Assembly: GCA_001512685.1 (NCBI GenBank)
Contig: LFSG01000052.1
Location: forward strand, 9,667 to 73,666
Source: Clostridiales bacterium DTU072
GTDB lineage: Bacteria; Bacillota; Clostridia; Christensenellales; DTU072
Reading direction: 5' to 3'
Length of the DNA stretch: 64,000 bases
How positions within the stretch are numbered: the first letter of the stretch is position 1; each line of letters starts with the position of its first letter. The notes beneath the pieces are model-generated. The model was not told where the DNA came from and ran no database searches. It saw only the letters and a list, made by a program, of their open reading frames with translations. Both the position numbers and the translations under genes were made by a program. Below, in pieces: positions 19,776 to 30,400 of this stretch.

Positions 19776-19781
19776 TTTGGT

Positions 19782-20447
19782 CTAATTTTGCATTTTCTTT
19801 ATTTGAGCCTCTATTTCATCGGCCAGATTCTCTTCTCTTTTCTCAAGCCCCTCTCCCATCTCATAGCGCACAAATCTTCTGATATCAATCTTTTCGCCGA
19901 TCGCGCTTATAGTTTCATTTAATAAGTCTTTAATGGTCCTGGTATTATCCTTAACGTAAATTTGTTCCAAAAGGCAATTATCTTGATAAAATTTTTGAAT
20001 TCTGCCTTCCACCATTTTTTCAATTATGGGCATGGGCTTAGGCTTGGGCTCGTTAAGAGCTTGCGCTCTGAGAATCTCCTTTTCTTTTTCAAGAACGCTT
20101 TGAGGAACATCTTCCTTTCTGATATATAAAGGTTTTGCGGCGGCTATCTGCAAAGCCACGTTATGCACAAATTCTTTGAACATATCTCCTCTTGCCACAA
20201 AATCGGTTTCACAGTTTACTTCCAATAAAACGCCGATTTTGCCGCCCATATGAATATAAGAATCCACTATTCCTTGAGAGGCTATTCTGCCGGATTTCTT
20301 GGCGGCGGTGGCTATACCCTTTTCCCTAAGGTACTCGATTGCTTTTTCAATATCGCCGTTTGTTTCTACAAGCGCCTTTTTGCAATCCATCATTCCCACG
20401 CCTGTTCTCGCTCTCAAATCCTGTATGTCTTGTACCGTAAATGCCAT
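19782..20447 (-). CDS. tsf: Elongation factor Ts (short form)
   Basis: The motif [16 protein letters not shown] is present. The real start is ATG 20447 (MAFTVQDIQ) with an AAGGAGG RBS. The ORF-track extension to 20489 overlaps rpsB. Confidence 0.94.
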   Translation of the reverse strand: MAFTVQDIQDLRARTGVGMMDCKKALVETNGDIEKAIEYLREKGIATAAKKSGRIASQGIVDSYIHMGGKIGVLLEVNCETDFVARGDMFKEFVHNVALQIAAAKPLYIRKEDVPQSVLEKEKEILRAQALNEPKPKPMPIIEKMVEGRIQKFYQDNCLLEQIYVKDNTRTIKDLLNETISAIGEKIDIRRFVRYEMGEGLEKREENLADEIEAQIKKMQN

Positions 20448-20457
20448 AAAAACCTCC

Positions 20458-21255
20458 TTATTCTTCCTTCTCTTTTTTCTCTTCTTCAACTTCAGGTTCT
20501 TGAACCGCTTCTTCTTCCGCTTTAACTTCGTCAGCAGGCGCTTGGACGGTTTGTTCAGTATCGGTCATAACAGTTCCCTCTTTGGCTTCAATAACCGCGT
20601 TGGCAATAACCGAAGAAATAAGCTTGATTGCTCTTATCGCGTCGTCATTGCCGGGAATGGGATAATCAACTTCTTCAGGGTCGCAATTGGTATCCACAAG
20701 AGCGACGATAGGTATATTGAGAAGTCTGGCTTCCTTTACGGCTATATGCTCAACTTTAAGGTCGACAATAAACAATGCGCCGGGAAGCTCCCTCATATTC
20801 TTTATTCCGCCCAAATTTTTTTCAAGAACATCTCTTTCCGCTTTAAGTTTCATGACCTCTTTTTTGGGAAGAAGGTCAAATTCTCCCATAAGCTCTTGCT
20901 GATTTAACTTATTGAGCTTATCGATTCTGGCGCGAATGGTCCTGAAATTGGTGAGCGTTCCGCCCAGCCATCTTTGGTTCATATAGAACATCCCGCATCT
21001 TTTGGCTTCCATTTCGATAGCCTCTTTGGCCTGCTTCTTTTTGCCAACAAAGAGTATGTCCTTGCCCGAAGCTACCACATCGCGAACAAAAGCGTAGGCT
21101 TCTTCAATTGCTTTTACGGTTTCTTCAAGATCAATAATGTGGACATCGTTTCTGGAACCAAAAATATACTTTGCCATTTTGGGGTTCCATTTTTTGGTCT
21201 GGTGTCCGAAATGGACGCCCGCCTCTAAAAGTTCTTTCATTGAAATTACTGCCAT
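20458..21255 (-). CDS. rpsB: 30S ribosomal protein S2 (with acidic C-terminal extension)
   Basis: 265 aa with [19 protein letters not shown] and a GGAGGA RBS. Confidence 0.97.
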   Translation of the reverse strand: MAVISMKELLEAGVHFGHQTKKWNPKMAKYIFGSRNDVHIIDLEETVKAIEEAYAFVRDVVASGKDILFVGKKKQAKEAIEMEAKRCGMFYMNQRWLGGTLTNFRTIRARIDKLNKLNQQELMGEFDLLPKKEVMKLKAERDVLEKNLGGIKNMRELPGALFIVDLKVEHIAVKEARLLNIPIVALVDTNCDPEEVDYPIPGNDDAIRAIKLISSVIANAVIEAKEGTVMTDTEQTVQAPADEVKAEEEAVQEPEVEEEKKEKEE

Positions 21256-21363
21256 AGTAAAAAATCCTCCATGTTTATTCTACCCCGTACCATCATCAAA
21301 GGTGGAAATCCTTTCGGACAACAATCCCTTCTAAGTATCGGGTGCTTATTTAAAGCTTGTAAT

Positions 21364-21392
21364 ATATTATCATATTATCCTTATCAACGCAA
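21364..21392 (-). promoter_or_regulatory. Candidate sigma-A promoter of rpsB-tsf
   Basis: The minus strand reads TTGCGT-N17-TAATAT (-35 at 21387-21392, -10 at 21364-21369). This predicts a ~100-nt leader. Confidence 0.4.
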
Positions 21393-21432
21393 ATCATTTT
21401 TAACAATATTTGCATTAATTATAAGATTGCCG

Positions 21433-24400
21433 TCAGGGTTGCAGGACAATAATCTGGTTTGTTCCCGTGGAAACAAGCAAGTCATCAATAACCACGTACA
21501 GAACATAATAGCCTACCTGCGGAAGCGTTATATAAGCGGTATCGTCATTGACCTGCTCGTATGATTGCAGCAAATCGCTTAAGCCTAAACCCATGGGCGC
21601 GATATAAACCGCTATGTTTATGCCGGGAGCAAAACTAAGCTGAATCTCTTCGCCCTCTATATAAGTCCCCGCATCCAAAAGGTCATTGGCAAGTTCGCTT
21701 AATCTGTATGTTCTCATTGAATATTTTGTCCAATAGTAATCGTTTATATAATTCTCATAATAGTCATCGGCCACAAATATTTTCAACAAAGAACTGTAAT
21801 ATAATCCGTTTATATCAAGCTGCGGAGGATTCATTCCCGTCATAATCAACACCCTTAAGGAATCGCAGTCATTAAAGATATAGCCGCCCATGCTTTTTAC
21901 GGTAAAAGGTATTGAGATATTTTTTAACGATACGCACTCGGCGAAGGCGTACTCGCCCAAAATCTCAACGCCGTTTTCAAAAGTAACTCTGCTTAAAGCA
22001 TAGCACTTATAAAACGCATATTCCCCAATAGTTCTTACGGATGAGGGTATGTTAATCGCCGTTAACGAAATGCAGTTTTCAAAAGCCGAAGCCCCTATTT
22101 CCTTAAGCGTTGCGGGCAAAATGATATTTGTTAAGGAAAGGCAATTGGCAAAGGCGTAATCATGGATGTATTCAATGGTATTGCTCAATGACAAATTGGT
22201 TACCGCAGTATTGAAGGCGTAGCTCATAATTCCTTTTATGGGCTTATTATCAAGGATATCGGGCATCACAATGTCGGAACTGTTTCCAACATAATAAATA
22301 ACATCCGCTCCTTGGCCGTCTTCGGTCAAAGCTATGGCATAATCGGAATATATTCCTTCATAAGGAATAAGAAATTCCGATATCTCGCTCCAGCCGTCGG
22401 CAAACAAATAATCGTTATAATATTCTCTTGGAACATAAATATTGGGCAAATAGCCTTTTTCTTTATACAGCGCCATTAAATCCAAAACATTTATTTCTTC
22501 GGTTACGATAATGGTAGAGCCGTCTTCGTCGACTTCATAACTGTAATGGCAAGAGCCGTCCAGCTTAACGGGCGCGGTATTCAGTATCACCTTTGAGCTT
22601 ATTGTAAATATACCCGCGATATTATTGATTAAATCTGCTTCTTTATCGATATATACTGTTTGCAGACGACTTTGCCCCCCAAAAATAAATTCGCCGAAAG
22701 CAAATTGAGAAATATTTTTTATTGAAGAAGGTATATGAATTGATATAAGTCCGGTCTGCTTTTCAAAAGCGTAAGGCGATATGCTTACGGTGTTTTCAGC
22801 AAGCTCAATTTCGGTATTCTCCTGCATGCTGCCCTTGAATTTATAAGCGATTCTTCCTATATAAATTATGGAATTGTTGGGCTGAGATTCATACAAGGTT
22901 TGATACCAAGGCGTATTGTAAAAAGCGTCTTGCCCGATAAACTCAATATTATCGCTGTTTTGGAAGGTAATCTCTTCCAAAAATCTGCAGTTCGCAAAAG
23001 CGTTAGCGCCTATTTCCTTAACGGTGGAAGGCAGAATCACTTTGCTTAAATTTCCGTTATTAAAGAATGCATTCCTGCCTATTATTCTCAAGGTAGGATT
23101 GACTACGATAACAACTCCGAGAGTAGAATCGGGTCTAACCATATTCACTTCGTGTATTTCGGTTTGATTGGCAAACAAATAAGGCGAAACGCTGACGGTA
23201 TTGTCTTTTAAGGATATAATTGTGCCGCTGCTTAAAAATCCGTTGAAATTATAGGCTATATTGGCGAAATAGATAATGGTATTCTGATTTTCGGGTCTGG
23301 TAAGCAATTCATTGTAATATGGAGTGGAATGAAATACTTCGTAACCTATATATGTCAACGATTCGCTTGAAGCGGCGTAAATAAAGTGGTCCATGGCATG
23401 GCAATTATAAAATGCCCTGTCGCCGATTACCGAAAGATTTCTGGGAGTGGTTATTTCCCTCAAATTGGTGCAATTCATAAACGCGTAAGAGCTTATTTGT
23501 TTCAATTGTGAATTTATGGTATCAAAATATACGCTGAATAAAGAGGTGCAGTTTAAGAAAGCTTTTGAGCCTATATGTTCAAGACTGGACGGCATATCCA
23601 GTTTGGAAAGGTCATAGCAGTTCTCAAAAGCGTTGTTGCCAATATATTTCAATTCGCCGAATAATTCATTTTTAGCGTCTTCAAAGATAACGGTTGTCAA
23701 TTGAGTGCAATTCCTAAATGCATGGGAGTTAATTTCTTTAAGGTTATAAGGCAAATTAATCTGTTTGATTTGGCGGCAACCCGCGAAAGCATAAGAGCCG
23801 ATTGTTACAAGGACGCTTTCGCTTACGTCATTGAACACCACATTTTCCAGCAGCATGGACTCAGTGTCTGAATAAAAAGCGTAGCGACCTATGTACTTAA
23901 CCGAATTGCCGATGTTTATGTTAATTATGTTGTGGCAGTTAGTGAAAGCGTAATCGACTATCATATCGCTGCCTTCAGCAATGTTTACCTTAGTAAGATT
24001 GTTGGGAATATAGTAATATGTATTTTTTTGGCTGTTGAATGCGGCGTAGCTGCCCGAATAGCTTGTTTTACCGAACAAATAGCCCAAAGCATAACTTCCC
24101 GGCATTGTCAATTGCGTAAGATTGTAACAGCCGTACAAGATATTTTCCCCGATATATTCCACGCAAGAAGGTATGGATATATTTATGAGATTTGTCAAAT
24201 TTCTGAAAGCGTTGGGAAGTATCGATATCGTGTTTTCATGTAGCTCAATACTTGTTTGAGGCGGCATAATTCCCTTATAGCCAAGCGCCGTAAAGCTGTC
24301 GGGACGGGATGAAGACTCCAGATAAATTACGCCGTCGGCCTTATTGGCAATCCATTCGGTTAAAGAGAAAGCGTCGCTCCCTACATAAGTCAATAAAGTG

Positions 24401-27400
24401 GCGTTGATAAAATCTATGTCGGTCAGCGACAAGCAGCCTAAAAACGCGTTTTCGCCCACAATATTAACGGTAGCGGGTATTGTTACCGAAACAAGCTTAT
24501 CCGAGCCCTTAAAAGCTTCCTTTCCGATTTCTTTTATGCCGTAAGGTATATTATATGAATACTCATATACGTCAAGCGCGTTGGGATAAGAAATTATTTT
24601 TGTCCTATCGGAATTGAACAATACTCCGCCAATCGACACATAATGAATGTTCTCTTCATCAACTTCAACGGCGGCAAGCTGTTTGCAATCGGTAAACGGA
24701 TTGTCTTCAATCTCAATTATATATTTAGTTAAATAAATATTGGTTATGTTGGAGCGATAGAAGGAAGACGCTTTTAATGATTTAATGCTGTCGGGGATAA
24801 TTACGCTGTCGACTTCGGCCCCGAAAGCGTACGAACCTATGCTTACCACGCTCTTATCATTAAGCTTTTCGGGAATCTCGACATTTTTGTCTTCTCCCAT
24901 GTATTGGAATATTTCCACGCCGCCTTCAGTTTCCACATATGAATAATCGCCCGCTATCCTGCCAATGGCGTTGATATGCCGCGAAGACGCCGGCCAAGTG
25001 TTTTTATAAAGATTAATCGAAACATTGGGCACATAAATGCGCAAATTGTCATCCCAAACATTGTCTTGCAAAACGGGCGGATTTTCGCATGAAAGGATAA
25101 GCCACCTTAACGAAGGACTATTAATAAAAGCGCCTTGGCTTATCAATGAAACATTTCCGAATAAATGCAATTCCTTAACATTATTGGAATAGGCAAAAGC
25201 ATAATCTTCAATTACGCTAAGCCTGCTTGCTTCGGTAAATATAATTTGCTGCAGATTGTTCTCATAGAAAGCATGGCTGCCTATGCGGATAACCGAATCG
25301 GGTATGGTTATTCTAAGAAGATTCTCGCAGCCTACAAATGCCCTTTCCCCTATCTCGGTCAATTTGCTGCTGCCATCAAAAATCAATTTTTTCAATGACG
25401 CGCAATTGTAAAAAGCATAGTTTTGAATGTATAATAACGATTCCGGCAATCTCAATTCTTCCAATCCGCCGCATTCGGCAAAAGCATAATCGGCTATTCG
25501 CGTCAGCTGTTTTGCCGCCTGCAAATTAATATTCTTCAAGGAATTGCAGTTAAGAAAAGCGTTTTCCTCGATTACGCTTAAGGCCGAGCTTACGGGAATA
25601 TTTACCGTATGCAGCGAATTCGCTCCATAAAAAGCGTTTTTGCCTATAACCTGCGCCTTGGACGGAATATCTACTCGCAGTAACGACGAACAACCCTTAA
25701 AAGTATTTTCCTGAATTAGAGTCAATAATATTTTGGAATTAAATTGTATTGATTGCAGTTTAACGCAATTTTCAAACGCGCTTTTGCCCATACTCTTAAT
25801 CGCCGCGGGTAAATACGCGTCAATTAGTTCCTTGCTTTGGGCAAAAGCGTAGTTGCCGATATACGCTATATGTATGGGCAAGGTAATGGATTCGAGAGAA
25901 GAATTATAGAATGCGTAATCGCCGATTGATACCACATTTTTACCGTTTAAGGAAATCGGTATGTCAATTTCAGTTTGGTTGCCCAGGTATTGAGAAATTT
26001 CCAAACCTTCGTTATGCGATATAATAATTAAATCGTTATACCGTATGAAAGACGGATAAATCCTGTCGGCATACTGCGACCACACCTCTGCGGTTTTATA
26101 GGAATTCAAAGCGTTTGCTGGCGCGTAAAATTTAAGGTTGTCATTCAAATTGACAAAGCTTGAATTGAAGATTACGGGCGGATTCTGGCCGTTAAAAGTA
26201 ATCGTTTCCAATGCTGAGGCGTTGCTGAAAGCGTATTCCGCTATTTCCTCAATATCTTCATTAACTTCAAATACTGAGTTATTCCTGCCTGCGGGATAAG
26301 CTATAATTTTTTTGCCGTCAGAAGAATATAAGGTTCCTCCGTCGGACGCGGATGATACGATTTGCGTAAGGTTGACAAGAGGTCTGAAAATTCTGCCGTC
26401 ATTAATATAGTTTATCAATCTGTCGGGAATAACCATTTCTGTTATGCTTTGGGAGCAAATAAATATGTCTTCTCCTATACCGTTGATATAGTCATAACCT
26501 ATTATGTCAGGCAAGGTTACTTGTTCATTGAGACCGACATATAAAAGCAAATCATTGTTTGTGCTTACCACAAAACCGTCATAAATGTTTTTGTATAATT
26601 TAACCATATTATTAGGCCATTTATTGGTATTATACTCAAGATCCAAGCTTACATAAATATCCGTACCGCTTCCAACGACATCTTCGCCAATATTAAGCCC
26701 CTTGCTGCCGTCATATTCGTTTCCGTTTTCCATTATGACAAAATATCGCAGATTATCGCAACCGCCAAAAGCTTGGTTGTGGATATTTTTTACCGTTGCG
26801 GGCAAAACAAACACCGCAAGCTCGGCGCAGCCATAAAAAGCGCATTCCCCTATCGTGTTCATTACTTCGTTATTCAAGGTATATATGTTATTTATGTTGA
26901 CACAATTATTAAAGGCATAATCGCCAACGGATATGGCGTTGCTCAGGTTGATCTGTTGCAAGCTTTGACAATTTTGGAAAGAGGAGCTTTCAAAATATTC
27001 GACAAACGATAAATCAATCGCAGCAAGATTATAGCAGTTTTTGAAGGCGCTTTCTTTAATGGTATCAACCTCGACGGGCAAAATAACATCGAATAACGAA
27101 TAACAATTTTGGAAAACGCCTTGAGCCAATATGCCGTCGGCTGCCGCGCCGTCAGGGCTTGTTATCTTGACTTTTCTGAGATTTTCGGCATTTTTGAAAG
27201 CATATTTATCAATTGCGTTAATATCTATTACAATATCGATAAGCGTAAGATTATTGCAGCCTTCAAAGGAGCTTTCGCCAATAAGCTCCATATTTTGAGG
27301 GAAGCTTATATCGATTAACGCAGAGTTTTTGAATGCGTCTTTGCGGATAATCGCCAAATTATCGCCCAAAACAATTTCTTCAATCGCGGAATTCTCAAAA

Positions 27401-30400
27401 GCGCTTTGGCCTATTTCAAGTATCGAATCGGTTAAAGTTATCGCTGTTACGGGTTTACCGCTGAACGCGTTATCGGCGATTTTATATACGGGTTTATCCA
27501 AATGCCTGGAAGGTATCGCAATGGGCAGGTCATAAATTTCATTATCGCTTGAAGGACGAACGATATAAGCGTCCTTTGCTTCATCATAAATATACTCAAA
27601 CCTAAACCATTTCGCGGTAAGGGAAATATCGTTGGCGGGCATTGTGGAAAGCTCAAATCTGCTTACGCCGTCTTGAGTCCAAAACAGGAATTGCTTGACG
27701 CTGCTGTCCTCAGGCAAAAGCAAGGTGATCGTGTCTTCATATTTTACTAACTGCTCTGTAATGCTTTCGCCGTCGTCATATATAATTCTGTATGAATTTT
27801 TTGTATAAACGGCGTTGATGTTTATATCTCGGTATATGTTAAGATATTCGCCGCTGTTTGCATCATACACCCAAGCCAATTCGCTTGCCTTCCACGCTCC
27901 GCTGTAACCTGTTATGGGGTTAATCGAAGGAATCTCGGACAATTTTCCGCCATAAGGAATGTCATATGCTTTAAGCAAAACTTTATTTATGAGGAATTGT
28001 ACTCTTACCATGGACGGATAAATATCATCATAAACTATTCTTTCTTTATATAGCTCTAACAAATTTCTCGGAACAAAGAATTTAGCCCCAAAAGGTATTG
28101 AGCCTTCGATTTGAGGAGGAACGGAGCTTGTAAAGGTCAATTCCATGTCGGTATAATCAAAAGCGTTTTCGCCCAAATACGAAATTCCGACAGGAAGATT
28201 TATGGTCGTTAATAGGGTATTATAAAAAGCCTCTTTGCCGATTGACGTCAATTTGCTGTTACCGGAGATAATGATTTCCGTAAGTTGGACGCAATCCTTA
28301 AAACTGCCTTGCCCTATGGTTTCTACGCTGCTCGGTATGGTAACCGAAGTTATCTCCGTTCTGCCCGCAAAGGCAAAATCGGGAATGGAAACAACGGTGT
28401 CTTCCAATACCACATTACCGCCAATAGTAAACGGAACATATTTGATTTGGGTAAAATCGTTGTTATAAAGTATGCCGTTAAAAAATCTGTAAGAGCCATG
28501 CAGGTCTTCGTTTTCAATAAAGAAATTTCTTAGATTTACGCAACCTTCCAATATGGATAAATCAAAGCTCTCAAGACCATAAGGAATATAAAATTCTTCA
28601 AGCGACAAACAATCCTTGAAAGCGTATTCGCCGATATGCTCAAGGTCTTCGTTTTGATTGAAATTCAAATTCCTCAACGATGAACAGCCCGCGAAGGCAT
28701 AAGCGCCTATTTCCCGCAGATAACGATTAAAATAGACAGTTTCCAAAGAAGCGTTGTTATAAAAAGCGTAAGGCATAATTTTTAACGCTTCGTTTGGAAT
28801 ATTAACAGCGTTTGAGTCTCCCTTGTAGCCGTAAACGGCGATATCGTTAAGCATCAAAATACCATTGGACAAAGCGTACCATTGGGTAAAATGGAAAACC
28901 TTATCGCCAAAAAATTCAATATTATCTATTCCGCCCAGATTAACCGTAGCTGCCGACAAGCAATTATAGAAAGCCTTGCTTCCCACATAGGCAACTGTTG
29001 AAGGTATGGTTATGGCGGGCAAAGCTTGACAATTTTCAAACGCCGAATCTCCGATATGTTCAAGTCCTTCGGGCAATATAATGCTCTCCAGCGATTGGGC
29101 GTTCTTGAAAGCGCTGTTTCCAATAAATTTTAATTGCGAATTAAAGGTTATTTTTTGTAGATTGCTTAATCCCTCAAAAGCTCCGTCTTTTATGGTCGTC
29201 AAATTGTCGTTAAAAACAATTTCAACAATTGACGAAGCGTCCTTAAAAGCGCAAACGCCTATTTCGCGCAAGCTGTCGGGCAAAGAAAGCAAAACAATAT
29301 TTTGCTGATTGGCAAAGGCATAATCGGCGATAGCCGTCACTCCTTCGTTTATGGCAAGATGAGTATCTTCAGGCATAATTCCCTTATATGAATAAGCTAT
29401 ATTTCCTATATAAATCGTCCCGTCCGAAAAGCTATCAAGCCACAAGGTTTGAGCAAAAGCGTCTTTACCTATGTAGACAAGGTTTTCATAAGAGCCAAAA
29501 TCCATCGTTTCAAGAGCTAAACAGCCATTAAACGCTTTTTCATGGATTTTCTGTATTGTGGAAGGCAATTGCAAGGATATAAGATTGGAACAGTTTTCAA
29601 ACGCTTTGACGCCGATTTCTTCTACCCCTTCCCACAAGATCAATGAAGACATCAAAGCCGAAGAGGCAAAATCTTCAATTATGATTTGTCCCTTTATGAT
29701 AAGCGTATCGATGATGGAGGTATCCGCAAAAATATCTGAAAGCGGAGCGTCTCCGTATATGGTAACGCTTTCAAATTCGCAATTATCAAAAGAATCGATT
29801 TCAGCGCTTAACAACTCGGCATTGAATACGATGTTTTTCAACTTGCTGTTTTTGAACGCTTGGGAATAAATATGCTTTGTCCCTTGAGAAAGAGTATAAG
29901 AATCATTTTGCCTGCCTTCGGGATACAGCAGCAGAGCGTTTTCTCTGTATAAAGCCCCTTCAAAATCATAATATGTATGGTTATTATCATATACGCTGAT
30001 GCTTTCCAAAGCTGAACAATTTTCAAATGTCGTCAAATCTATTTCTTCAATCGAAGCAGGTATGAAAATCTGCTCAAGCTTATCGCATCCGGCGAAAGCT
30101 TGTTCAGGTATGACTTTAAGAGCGTTTGAAAGCGTAAGAGAGATTAGCTTTATGTTTGAAGCAAAGCTTTCTTTTCCTATGGTTATTACGCTGTCGGGCA
30201 CAATTAAGCTTTCAATGCCCAACCCATAGAAAGCTCTTTGCCCTATATCGGTTATGCCGTCGGGAATGCTGATATTCTTTATCTTTTCAAGGCCTTCCAT
30301 AAAGCCCGAAGCTATTGCCGTTTGGCTTTGATTTTGAGAAAGCGCGATATTTACGGCGCTTAATGTCAAAGGAATTAGGCGGCCGTTAACGGAATAATAA

